From a virus: DNA of 64,000 bases. The notes under the pieces are model-generated. The model had not been told where the DNA came from and did not search any database. It saw only the letters and a list, made by a program, of their open reading frames with translations. How positions within the stretch are numbered: position 1 is the first letter of the stretch; each line of letters opens with the position of its first letter. The position numbers were made by a program, and so were the translations under genes. The DNA lies in the IMG/VR virus record IMGVR_UViG_3300027749_000051, positions 32,001-96,000 of that record, one strand, 5' to 3'. Shown here in pieces: positions 39,017 through 48,442 of this stretch.

Positions 39017-39871
39017 TTATTCAATATATTCTTCAATATTTATGGAGTTAAAATTTCCGGTAATTCTCATTGATTTATCAAACTCTAAAGTTGGTTCATC
39101 ATCAAAAAAATTGCAATACATTTCACCACTTTTAACCTCTGGTATAAAAATATGATGGTCTTCAAATGACTTTAATATGATATATTGGGATGACATAGAT
39201 TCGAATCGTTGAAATGACATAACAGGATTTAATGTGTCTTCTTCTAATTCACATTTATTTTTTAGATTAGTGTTCCAAGTGGCAATAAAATAACTTGTGT
39301 ATTCGTGTTCGTTAGTTTCGATTTCACCAGTGCCCTCACATCTTTCACATTCTACCCATCCTTCATCGCATTTTTTATTAGTACAGTCGTATTCTCCTTC
39401 TCCTCCACATCTAGGGCAAGTTTCTTCTCCTGTCCCACGACAGTTATTACACTTTTCATCGTCATCGTGAGGATCGGTTCCGTCGCCGCCACAATATTCG
39501 CATTCAACAACACCATTACCATGACAATATTCACAATCATTTGTTCCACTTCTTCCACAATGGGAACAATCATGTGAGCCTTGTCCGTCACATCTTTGAC
39601 ATTCAGTTGTATAAAAGTCTTCATTTCGTGTGAATAGATTCGCAAATGATATTTGATTTAATAATTTATCTGCGAGAATAAAATCGTTTTGTGTTTTAAG
39701 TGAATAAATATAAAATACTAATTTTACAATATTTTCTGCGCCTAAAAGGGAAAAATATACTTTTTGGGATTCTAATAATGGGATTATATCATAATAGATC
39801 TCTTGAACAGTATTTGACTTAGGGATCGTATCTTCAATTTTGGACGCTATTTTTTTAATTCTTTCGTTCAT
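39017..39871 (-). CDS. protein with tandem DnaJ-type CxxCxGxG zinc fingers
   Basis: About eight CxxCxGxG-like units in central region. Confidence 0.75.
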   Translation of the reverse strand: MNERIKKIASKIEDTIPKSNTVQEIYYDIIPLLESQKVYFSLLGAENIVKLVFYIYSLKTQNDFILADKLLNQISFANLFTRNEDFYTTECQRCDGQGSHDCSHCGRSGTNDCEYCHGNGVVECEYCGGDGTDPHDDDEKCNNCRGTGEETCPRCGGEGEYDCTNKKCDEGWVECERCEGTGEIETNEHEYTSYFIATWNTNLKNKCELEEDTLNPVMSFQRFESMSSQYIILKSFEDHHIFIPEVKSGEMYCNFFDDEPTLEFDKSMRITGNFNSINIEEYIE

Positions 39872-40224
39872 AATTTTAAAAATTGGTATTCAGGATGAAT
39901 GTCGTCTTGTGATTTTATACCTAAGAATGAGAGTTTATAGGTATCTAGTATCATGTCTTTTAGATCTTCTTGGGCATCATACATTTCAAAATAGTATTTG
40001 AAATCATCATCGTCGTAAGAGCCATTCTTAATAGAATAGTTTCTGACTAAAAACTTCATTGTAATATCTTTCTCTCCTTTGTATTCTCCCATATTGGCAT
40101 TTAATAATAATAAATAAAAATCTAAATGTATTTGTCTACTCTCCCATGCAAAACTTTTTATTATTTTGAAGTGATGGACATCCGATCCACTTAATTTGTT
40201 TAATATACTTGTTACGTCAGTCAT
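39868..40224 (-). CDS. hypothetical protein
   Basis: TATTTAT upstream on minus strand. Confidence 0.6.
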   Translation of the reverse strand: MTDVTSILNKLSGSDVHHFKIIKSFAWESRQIHLDFYLLLLNANMGEYKGEKDITMKFLVRNYSIKNGSYDDDDFKYYFEMYDAQEDLKDMILDTYKLSFLGIKSQDDIHPEYQFLKL

Positions 40225-40275
40225 TCTAATAAATAGATTTATTTTTTATTTTATTCCAGTTATACTTTAGTTATT

Positions 40276-40854
40276 ATGGCGCAAGATAATCAAATTTTAA
40301 ACATTTCCGAAAAATATAAATATATTTGGTGGGGGCCAGAAAGAACTGGAAGTAGAACCGTTGCAGAAGTGTTAAGTTATTTCGATTTCAAGCGAGGGGG
40401 AATGCCCATATATCAAGCCGGACAACATGATTACAGACATACATGTTATATGCCTGATAGTGTTAAAGATTATGGATTAATATGTAGTGCTCGTAATCCA
40501 TATGCCAGGACATTATCTATCTTTACTACATTATTTCCCTCATATACTGACAAGAGCGTAGATGGGTTTAAGAAGTTCATAAAATATGATCTTAATGGAC
40601 ATGAATTACTTCGAATGATTACTAGCCCAACTTTTACAAAAATACCTGATTATATAATCAGACTTGAACACTTAAAAGAAGATTTTATGAAATTACCATT
40701 TTTAAGAGATGTTTTATCGGAGAGACATATAGATATGATGATTCAACATGGTAAGGAAATGGTGAAATGGGAAGACTATTATGATGATGAAACAAAAGAA
40801 ATTGTCTATGGATTTACAAAACATCATTTTAATATGTTTAAATATGAAAAATAA
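40276..40854 (+). CDS. sulfotransferase family 2-like protein
   Basis: 5'-PSB-like PERTGSRT, 3'-PB-like RNPYARTLS, IRLEHLKEDF. Confidence 0.7.
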   Translation: MAQDNQILNISEKYKYIWWGPERTGSRTVAEVLSYFDFKRGGMPIYQAGQHDYRHTCYMPDSVKDYGLICSARNPYARTLSIFTTLFPSYTDKSVDGFKKFIKYDLNGHELLRMITSPTFTKIPDYIIRLEHLKEDFMKLPFLRDVLSERHIDMMIQHGKEMVKWEDYYDDETKEIVYGFTKHHFNMFKYEK

Positions 40855-40886
40855 TTTGGTAGATTAAAATAAGTTATATATCTTTG
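40855..40886 (+). promoter_or_regulatory. Bacteroidota-type -33/-7 promoter
   Basis: TTTG, 20 nt, TATCTTTG. Confidence 0.75.
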
Positions 40887-40912
40887 TTGAACAAACAAAA
40901 ACAAAAAGACAT

Positions 40913-41386
40913 ATGACAACTACAGCGACCCCATCGATTATCAAAGTTAGTAATGATTCAGTATTAGCCGGAGATGTATTTCACGGAAGTTTCAAGACCT
41001 CAGTTAAAGGTAAAGATTTAACAATTATTGTTTCGAATCACCTTAAAGATGTTGAGGCGAAATATGACTTCCGTGTGGCTACAAAATGTAAGGCGGGATT
41101 TATTACAATCTCCGATTGTGAGAATAGTTCGGTTAATATTATCAAAGGATTTAAGAAAAACGCATTGGTTAATATCCAAGTTAAAAAGACTTACGATAGT
41201 GGAAAGTGTTTATGGTTTGATGTATTTACCACAAAGAATAATAAATGGTACTCAATCGATAAGACTTTCCTTGATGTTCTTACGGTGGGTGATATGAGAA
41301 CATCATTTCCTGACATGTGTGATATGAAATTGTGGGAAATGGTTGGGGCTAAGACTTGGGCTGACAAAGCTTTCACTAACAACTAA
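40913..41386 (+). CDS. hypothetical protein
   Basis: Follows promoter. Confidence 0.65.
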   Translation: MTTTATPSIIKVSNDSVLAGDVFHGSFKTSVKGKDLTIIVSNHLKDVEAKYDFRVATKCKAGFITISDCENSSVNIIKGFKKNALVNIQVKKTYDSGKCLWFDVFTTKNNKWYSIDKTFLDVLTVGDMRTSFPDMCDMKLWEMVGAKTWADKAFTNN

Positions 41387-41424
41387 TAATTAATCCCCGA
41401 AAGGGGATTTTTTATTAGTGGATA

Positions 41425-41455
41425 TTTGTTAATTGATAAAAGTTGTTTATCTTTG
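41425..41455 (+). promoter_or_regulatory. Bacteroidota-type -33/-7 promoter
   Basis: TTTG, 19 nt, TATCTTTG. Confidence 0.75.
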
Positions 41456-41478
41456 TAGAAACAAAAACACTAAAAGAT

Positions 41479-42222
41479 ATGACAACTACCACCACAATTC
41501 AAAGAGTTAGCAATTACCAAGGTAATAACTCATTTATTCTTAAAATGAAAGACGCAGTTTCAAAGTGGGGAAGGCTGACTCCAAAGCAATTAGAGTCAGT
41601 TGAGAAATGTTTGAACTCCGAAGTTAAGTCGGTTGATATGGAGAATCTTCCTGAGGACATCAAGAGGATTGTGAATTATGACGGGGTGAATACTTTTGTT
41701 AATGAGATTGCTTCTAAGTTTAAAAAGTATGGTACTTTGACTGAGAAACAGATCTCCGCAGCGGTTAAGTCAATTATTAAGGAGGAAGACAAAGAAAAAA
41801 CTATTCGAGTTAATTGGCCTACTCCTGGCGAAACAATTATCGTTGGTCGTAATGTGGGTCAACAGTTGAAAGAGACATATGGTTTAGAGTTTAATCCAAC
41901 CTTATTGGATGTTACAAGATTGTTGGCGGTTAGTCCAAAGGCTGTTAAGTTTGCTGGTAAGATGACTATTAACAGAGCAAAAGTTTGTTTGTGTTGTTCT
42001 AAGACTCTTACAGATGAGTTTTCAATGTTGACCAATGTTGGTCCTATCTGTTCTAAGTATATGAAGGTTCCATACATCACAGATCGTTCTCAGGTAAATG
42101 AATTTCGTGAGAGATATTTGAAACGAGTTGAGGAGATCGGTGAGATGGAATTTTGGGTCCCAAGAAAACAGATCAAAAAATGGGAGGGCAGTACAGAATC
42201 AATCTTAAGAGTACTGAGATAA
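41479..42222 (+). CDS. hypothetical protein with DUF6011-like zinc finger
   Basis: CLCCSKTLTD..S....VGPICSK; two repeated N-terminal helical units. Confidence 0.6.
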   Translation: MTTTTTIQRVSNYQGNNSFILKMKDAVSKWGRLTPKQLESVEKCLNSEVKSVDMENLPEDIKRIVNYDGVNTFVNEIASKFKKYGTLTEKQISAAVKSIIKEEDKEKTIRVNWPTPGETIIVGRNVGQQLKETYGLEFNPTLLDVTRLLAVSPKAVKFAGKMTINRAKVCLCCSKTLTDEFSMLTNVGPICSKYMKVPYITDRSQVNEFRERYLKRVEEIGEMEFWVPRKQIKKWEGSTESILRVLR

Positions 42223-42233
42223 TAAAGAGTGTG

Positions 42234-42327
42234 GATCGGATGGCGGAATTGGTAGACGCTATACGTAGATAACAACCGATATTTTAGAGGGCGTGTTATT
42301 ATACAGGTTCGAACCCTGTTCCGATCA
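42234..42327 (+). ncRNA. tRNA-like RNA 1 with enlarged anticodon loop (no assignable anticodon)
   Basis: Acceptor GATCGGA/TCCGATC, D arm GGCGGAATTGGTAGACGC, T arm ACAGG-TTCGAAC-CCTGT; 26-nt loop. Confidence 0.75.
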
Positions 42328-42345
42328 CTTTAAAATAGTATTAAT

Positions 42346-42446
42346 AGTTAGGTGGCGGAATTGGTTAGACGCTGACCACAATAAGATAGGTTTACAATAT
42401 GGTCTTAAAGTTACTTATCATACAGGTTCGAATCCTGTCCTGACTA
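42346..42446 (+). ncRNA. tRNA-like RNA 2 with enlarged anticodon loop (no assignable anticodon)
   Basis: Acceptor AGTTAGG/CCTGACT, near-identical D arm, T arm ACAGG-TTCGAAT-CCTGT; 21-nt loop. Confidence 0.75.
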
Positions 42447-42515
42447 CAAATATTTAGTTAAGTATAGTTTTAGAACAATTTGTTCATATGTTTAAAAAAA
42501 AATAAAGGGGAGAAA

Positions 42516-43019
42516 ATGACATCACAGTTAAAAGAAATGATTGAAACAGGGAGGATCTCTGTTGTTCAAGTTGCGGAATCAATAAAGAGGGATAAGAAAC
42601 CCTCTAAAGATAGTAAAATCTCTGATTCAGAGAAGAAAAAGTTTTGGACTATCTTTAAGAAAAAAACCAATAAAAAAATTGATTCATCATTATTTCCTGA
42701 GTCACAACGGGAAAAAATGATTAATGATGTCATGGATAATTTTGATTTTGAAAGATGTCATTTGGCTATGAAGGCATTAGATTGGTATTGGATTGGTGTT
42801 GGAGTTCCAACGGTTGAAATGCTACAGGACTCTGCGTTAGATAGAATCTTTTCGGCGATCAAAGGACTATCGTCAAGTAATGGTAAACTCCCTAAGAACT
42901 CACAATACTTTTCACAAAGTGGTGGATTAAAGGCAACTGCTTGGAGAAATAAACGAGGTGTGGTTGAGAGTATTCGGTTGGAATTTATTTTATCTGAATC
43001 CAACTCTGATTTAGTTTGA
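42516..43019 (+). CDS. hypothetical protein
   Basis: Probable start ATG 42516. Confidence 0.55.
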   Translation: MTSQLKEMIETGRISVVQVAESIKRDKKPSKDSKISDSEKKKFWTIFKKKTNKKIDSSLFPESQREKMINDVMDNFDFERCHLAMKALDWYWIGVGVPTVEMLQDSALDRIFSAIKGLSSSNGKLPKNSQYFSQSGGLKATAWRNKRGVVESIRLEFILSESNSDLV

Positions 43020-43029
43020 TATTATTATA

Positions 43030-44280
43030 TTGATGAAGACTAAAAAACCAAGTGCTATCGTTTACGGATGGGATAGAGAAGGTGAAGAGATTTTAGTGTC
43101 TGATGTTTATTTTGAAGAGTCATTATTTGATGATGTTATTGTTTATTCTTTACCATACCGAGATACGGTTGTTGAGGATTATTCTAAGTATCAACCAGAT
43201 TTGATAATTTCAATAAACAAAGATATTAATATTCCTCACTACCAACTTGGGAGATTACATATTCATCTTGATAACCTTGATGGTGATAATGTCTTGGCGA
43301 ATATTATTGTTTGTCAATCTGTCTTTAGAAATTGTGAAGTAATTAGGTCCAGGTTCTCTATTTTCACTCCAGTTTATAAAACAGGTGAACGTATTCGCCG
43401 AACTTATGATGGTCTTAAAAATCAGATATGGACCAACTGGGAGTGGGTTATTGTTGATGATTCTCCTGATGAAGAAACTTGGGAAATCTTAAAAGAAATC
43501 TCAGATAAAGATTATCGGGTTAAATTAAATCGAGTCTATCCATTAACGGGCGGCAATGTTGGATTAGCGAAACATAGGGCGGCAATGTTATGTGATGGTG
43601 ATTGGTTAGTGGAATTGGATCATGATGATTATCTAACTTCTGAATGTCTTTCAACATGTAATGATGCGATTGAGAAGTTTCCTGATGGGAAGTTCTTATA
43701 TACAAATTGTTCAGAAATATATGATGATGGGGAACCAAAATATTATGACCATGACTGGTCTGGTAATTGGTATGGTAGACATGATAACTATTTTGATTTT
43801 GGTTATGCCGGACATGAGTGGGTTAATGTTGATGGGGAAAATATATTGGGACATTTTTATCCTGATGTTAACCCATTAACAATCCGATTTAATATCAGTA
43901 TGCCTAATCATGCTAGAATGTGGGAAAGGAATTTCTACCATGAAATTGGTGGACATAACAAAAAAACTCCTGTTGCTGATGATCTGGAAATTATTGTTCG
44001 AAGTTTTTTAAAAACACGGATGATTCATGTGAAAAAAGTGTTATATTTTCAATATAACAATAGGAATAGTACTGTTGATAATAACGCGAATGATATAAAC
44101 CGAAGAGCCAGATTAATTAGGGATTATTATGATGTCGCAATTCACAATCGAATTACTGAACTTGGATTTCATGACTGGAATTGGATTGAAGAAGAAGGAC
44201 ATTCACAAAAGTTTCAAAACAAAGCTCCCATCAGAAAGTATTTTGATGAAGAAGAAGTAATGAATTACATTTATGAGTAA
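43030..44280 (+). CDS. glycosyltransferase family 2
   Basis: FSIFTPVY, WVIVDDS, ELDHDD. Confidence 0.88.
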   Translation: MMKTKKPSAIVYGWDREGEEILVSDVYFEESLFDDVIVYSLPYRDTVVEDYSKYQPDLIISINKDINIPHYQLGRLHIHLDNLDGDNVLANIIVCQSVFRNCEVIRSRFSIFTPVYKTGERIRRTYDGLKNQIWTNWEWVIVDDSPDEETWEILKEISDKDYRVKLNRVYPLTGGNVGLAKHRAAMLCDGDWLVELDHDDYLTSECLSTCNDAIEKFPDGKFLYTNCSEIYDDGEPKYYDHDWSGNWYGRHDNYFDFGYAGHEWVNVDGENILGHFYPDVNPLTIRFNISMPNHARMWERNFYHEIGGHNKKTPVADDLEIIVRSFLKTRMIHVKKVLYFQYNNRNSTVDNNANDINRRARLIRDYYDVAIHNRITELGFHDWNWIEEEGHSQKFQNKAPIRKYFDEEEVMNYIYE

Positions 44281-45448
44281 AAAAACAAAAATTTGTTTGA
44301 ATGCGATGGTTGGTAATGAAGCGCCGACCATCATGAGAATGCTGGAGTCTGTGGCTTCATATATTGACTATTGGGTGATCCAATGTAATGGTAAGGAAGA
44401 CAATACCAAAGAAATAATTGAGAACTTTTTCCAAGAAAAAGGAATTCCTGGTTTTACATATGTAATTGATTGGAATTTTCCAGGTTGGAATAGAGATCAT
44501 ACATTACAAACTTGTTTGAGTGCAGATCATGGATGTGATTGGATATTGAGAATGGATGCCGATGAAACTTTGGCAGTTGATAATGATTTTGATTGGAGTA
44601 TCTTGGATGATATTTCAGTTGACAGTTATAATATCACCGCTCAGGCTGGTCAAACTAAATATTTTAGAACATGGTTTTGGAATGCAAAAAGACCGTGGTT
44701 CTTTCAACACGATAAACGACATGAAACAATTCATTTACCAGAAATTGGTGAGGATTTCCAAAGATTCGACATGCCATACGGGTTTAGACATATGGTCTCA
44801 CAGGATGGTCAGACATGGTATGTTCCAAGAAAATTCTTGAGAGATGCATTAGAGTTGGAGATTGATAAAGTTGTTGGAAATAAAGTGTTAGAGGATCATT
44901 ATCATCTTTGGTATTTGGCGAAAAGTTATTCTGATTCATATGGTAATCCTGATGAGTTACCATTTGGTAAAGATCATTCTGACGAATATGCAAGAAGATC
45001 TATTTGGTATTATGAGATGTTTCTAAAGAAATCTCATAAGTGGGATGGTAGTGGTGTTCCAGAACGACAAGATGAAATGGCATACTATGCTTTGATTATG
45101 ATGGGTATTGCTCATGGATTTATAGGTAATTTAGATAAGTCTTATAAATGTTTCAGAGACGCCGAGTTATTCTGTTCAGGACGAAACGAACATTTACTTT
45201 ATCTTGCTTTGGAATTAGAAAAACAAAAAAAATATATTGATATTCTTCCAATTATTGAGGAGATGTGTAATCCTGAAAAAGTTAATCCATTTCCAAATAG
45301 AACATTCTTAATCGAAGATAGAGCTTATATGAATACAAGTAATTTCTTGAATGAATATAAAGAAAAAATTGAAAATGGGTGTAAAGAAAAAACTGAGATA
45401 ACATCAAAACCATTTATTTTTAAGAGCGTTAAGTTTGACTTTAAATGA
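44273..45448 (+). CDS. GT2-like glycosyltransferase with helical/TPR-like C-terminus
   Basis: ICLNAMVGNEA, WILRMDADE, HE motif. Confidence 0.8.
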   Translation: MSKKTKICLNAMVGNEAPTIMRMLESVASYIDYWVIQCNGKEDNTKEIIENFFQEKGIPGFTYVIDWNFPGWNRDHTLQTCLSADHGCDWILRMDADETLAVDNDFDWSILDDISVDSYNITAQAGQTKYFRTWFWNAKRPWFFQHDKRHETIHLPEIGEDFQRFDMPYGFRHMVSQDGQTWYVPRKFLRDALELEIDKVVGNKVLEDHYHLWYLAKSYSDSYGNPDELPFGKDHSDEYARRSIWYYEMFLKKSHKWDGSGVPERQDEMAYYALIMMGIAHGFIGNLDKSYKCFRDAELFCSGRNEHLLYLALELEKQKKYIDILPIIEEMCNPEKVNPFPNRTFLIEDRAYMNTSNFLNEYKEKIENGCKEKTEITSKPFIFKSVKFDFK

Positions 45449-46551
45449 TTTTAATGAATAAAAATATATATGATTATCTTATCGTTGGCGCTGGAGTTTT
45501 TGGTTCGGTTTGTGCCTATGAACTTACCAAAAAAGGGAAAAAATGTTTAGTAATTGATAAACGAAAAGTTATAGGGGGAAATTGTTATACTGAAAATATA
45601 AATGGTATTCATGTTCACAAATATGGTGCACATATATTTCATACAAACGATAAACATTTATGGGATTATGTTAATCAATTTGCAACATTTAAACCTTTTA
45701 TTAATAGTCCGATTGCGAACTACAAGGGAGAGATTTATGCTCTCCCTTTTAATATGTGGACATTTAATAAATTATGGGGTGTTACTACACCTGAGGACGC
45801 AAAACAAAAAATAGATAGTCAAAAATACAATGGAGAGGTGACTAATCTTGAAGAGCAAGCCTTATCAATGGTTGGAAAAGATGTGTATGAGAAACTAATC
45901 AAAGGGTATACTGAAAAACAATGGAATAAATCTGCAACAGAACTCCCGCCATCTATTATTAAAAGATTGCCAGTTCGATTCACTTGGGACAATAATTATT
46001 TCAATGACAAGTATCAGGGAATACCTATTGACGGATATACACAGATATTTGAAAAGATGCTTGAGAATGTTGATGTAACACTTGGTATTGATTATTTTGA
46101 GGATAAAGAATATTTGGATTCTCTTGCTGATAAAGTAATCTATACTGGACCAATAGATAAGTTTTTTGATTATAAGTTTGGAAGACTTGAATATAAAAGT
46201 TTAAGATGGGAAACACAAGTTTTAGAAACAGATAATTTCCAAGGTAATCCTGTTGTTAATTATACTGATTCTGAAGTACCATATACCCGAATATTAGAAC
46301 ATAAATGGTTTGACCATCAGAACCAAAAGGGAACTGTTATTAGTTATGAATACCCAATGGAATATACTAAAGAAACTGAACCGTATTATCCTATAAGGGA
46401 TGAAAATAATATTGAAATATATGAAAAATATTATTCAGAGGCAAAGAATCTTGATAAGTATATTTTTGGAGGAAGATTAGGAACTTATGTTTATTACGAT
46501 ATGCATCAAGTTATTGATCAAGCACTCAATACGATAAAAGATATTAATTGA
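45445..46551 (+). CDS. glf: UDP-galactopyranose mutase
   Basis: GAGVFG, GGNCY, HKYGAHIFHT, YQGIP, GRLGTYVYYDMH. Confidence 0.95.
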   Translation: MILMNKNIYDYLIVGAGVFGSVCAYELTKKGKKCLVIDKRKVIGGNCYTENINGIHVHKYGAHIFHTNDKHLWDYVNQFATFKPFINSPIANYKGEIYALPFNMWTFNKLWGVTTPEDAKQKIDSQKYNGEVTNLEEQALSMVGKDVYEKLIKGYTEKQWNKSATELPPSIIKRLPVRFTWDNNYFNDKYQGIPIDGYTQIFEKMLENVDVTLGIDYFEDKEYLDSLADKVIYTGPIDKFFDYKFGRLEYKSLRWETQVLETDNFQGNPVVNYTDSEVPYTRILEHKWFDHQNQKGTVISYEYPMEYTKETEPYYPIRDENNIEIYEKYYSEAKNLDKYIFGGRLGTYVYYDMHQVIDQALNTIKDIN

Positions 46552-46565
46552 TATATTTATATCTA

Positions 46566-46967
46566 ATGAAAGTTAGTATAAAGAAAAACGGAGACTGTCT
46601 TAAGAATGAGGATATGCCAGTTATTAAAGAATTTGTTAAATTCTTAAAAACACAATTATCTTTAACGGATGATGTCCATATTACCCTTGTGGACAAAAGA
46701 ATATCTCCAATGACTACTGGAGTAAGACTTGGTAAACATCGTATTAATGTGTTAGCCAAAGATAGAATGTTAATCGATATACTTCGTACTATTGCACATG
46801 AATGGGTTCATGAGTATCAACATCAGAAAATGGGATTAAAGGACACTGATAAGATACAGGATATTGGAGGACCCGAAGAGAATATGTGTAATATATTATC
46901 AGGAATCTTCATTAAAAAGTTTCAAAAGAATAATCCTGAGTTTGAACACCAAATCTATCACGAATAA
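46566..46967 (+). CDS. small zinc-metalloprotease-like (HExxH) protein
   Basis: LRTIAHEWVHEYQH; start 46566 after TATTTAT. Confidence 0.7.
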   Translation: MKVSIKKNGDCLKNEDMPVIKEFVKFLKTQLSLTDDVHITLVDKRISPMTTGVRLGKHRINVLAKDRMLIDILRTIAHEWVHEYQHQKMGLKDTDKIQDIGGPEENMCNILSGIFIKKFQKNNPEFEHQIYHE

Positions 46968-46984
46968 TTTATCATAGGTATTGA

Positions 46985-47013
46985 TTGTCACAATAATGTA
47001 ATTGTTTTGTAAT
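46985..47013 (+). promoter_or_regulatory. Pho-box-like triple 11-bp direct repeat
   Basis: TGTCAC, TGTAAT, TGTAAT at 46986, 46997, 47008 upstream of porin-pstS. Confidence 0.6.
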
Positions 47014-47068
47014 CGCTTTACATGGATACAAACATCTTTATTGTTAAATAAACAATTAAAATTATCTT

Positions 47069-48436
47069 ATGAAAAAACTACAATTATTATTTCTTGCATT
47101 GTTTTTTGGTATTGTGTTTAATTTAAGTGCACAAGAACAAACAACAAGTGAAAAGTTAACCGAACTAAATGACAGGGTTAATGGACTATCTGAAAGGATT
47201 GCAACTAACGAATCTGACTTATCTAAATTAACTAAGATTAAGGTTTCAGGTTACATTCAATCTCAGTATCAAAACTTTGAAACTCCCTCCTTACTTTCTA
47301 AATCTCAAAACTATTTTTCACTTAGAAGAGTTAGAGTAAAATTTACTTATGAAGCGCTTGATGGTGTAAAATTTGTTTTACAACCTGATTTTGCTCCGGG
47401 TGGTCTTTCCTTAAAAGACGCTTATGTGGTAGTAAATGACCATTGGACTAAATCGTTTAGTTTATGGGGTGGAAAGTTCAACAGACCAAATTATGAAGTT
47501 GAATATTCGTCAAGTCAGAGAGAATTACCTGAGCGTTCATTAGTTATTAGAACATTATATCCTGGTGAGCGTGCGATAGGTACAAAATTAGAATTTAATC
47601 CTACAACTATACCACTTCATGTTCAGTTTGCCGTTCTAAATGGTAGTGATGGTTTAACTATTGCAAACAATGCTGGTGTTAATCTTAATGCTACTGACAA
47701 TATTGACTATGATAATTTCAAAGATATTATGGCTCGTATAACATACAACCTTAGTCTTGGAAGTTTTGGTGGATTAGATTTCGGTGGACATGGATATTTT
47801 GGATCGTTAAAATCAAATTCTACTAGAACATTAAATGGTGACTATTCAACACTAACTAATACTAAAATTGGAAATTCAATTGGTAGAAATTGGTTAGGTG
47901 GAGAATTTCAATTATTTGCTGATGTGTTAGGTGGTTTATCGGTTAAAGGAGAATATATCGCTGGTAAAAATGCGACTATCGGATATGCTGCGGTTCCTGC
48001 CGCAGGTAGTGTTGCAGCAATCCCTGAGGTATCAAATTTCCAAAATAACTTCAATGGTGGATATCTTTATTTCATTAAAAACTTAGGTAAGAGAAATCAG
48101 ATTGCATTTAGATATGATTACTATGACCCTAATACAAATATATCAGGAAAAGATGTTACAATAATAGGATTTACAAGTACTGATGCAACCTTGAAATCAA
48201 AGTTAAGTGGTAAGGGAGATCTTGCAACAACTACATATGGATTTGCGTTACATCATTATTATGATGATAATATTAGAATCACAATTGGGTATGATATTGT
48301 TCAAAATGAAAAAGTTGGAACTGTTGGGAAAGTTGTTGATAACTATACCACATCTACAGGAGCACCAATTAAAGCTGATTGGAGTAATATTATTAACCAG
48401 AATGTATTAACAATAAGAATTCAAGCTAAATTTTAA
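47069..48436 (+). CDS. phosphate-selective (OprO/OprP-like) outer-membrane porin
   Basis: Signal peptide ending LSA-Q, coiled plug, IKVSGYIQ..LRRVRVKF, LKDAY, terminal Phe; adjacent to pstS. Confidence 0.8.
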   Translation: MKKLQLLFLALFFGIVFNLSAQEQTTSEKLTELNDRVNGLSERIATNESDLSKLTKIKVSGYIQSQYQNFETPSLLSKSQNYFSLRRVRVKFTYEALDGVKFVLQPDFAPGGLSLKDAYVVVNDHWTKSFSLWGGKFNRPNYEVEYSSSQRELPERSLVIRTLYPGERAIGTKLEFNPTTIPLHVQFAVLNGSDGLTIANNAGVNLNATDNIDYDNFKDIMARITYNLSLGSFGGLDFGGHGYFGSLKSNSTRTLNGDYSTLTNTKIGNSIGRNWLGGEFQLFADVLGGLSVKGEYIAGKNATIGYAAVPAAGSVAAIPEVSNFQNNFNGGYLYFIKNLGKRNQIAFRYDYYDPNTNISGKDVTIIGFTSTDATLKSKLSGKGDLATTTYGFALHHYYDDNIRITIGYDIVQNEKVGTVGKVVDNYTTSTGAPIKADWSNIINQNVLTIRIQAKF

Positions 48437-48442
48437 GATAAT

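Noticed and set aside
39305-39645. Plus-strand ORFs opposite the zinc-finger gene
   Set aside because: Antisense shadows of the Cys/Gly-rich minus-strand gene.
42234-42446. Ordinary tRNA-Leu/Ser/Tyr genes or tRNAs with a standard 37/38 intron
   Set aside because: D arms look class II, but there is no 7-nt loop, position 33 is A in both, and no clear splice motif.
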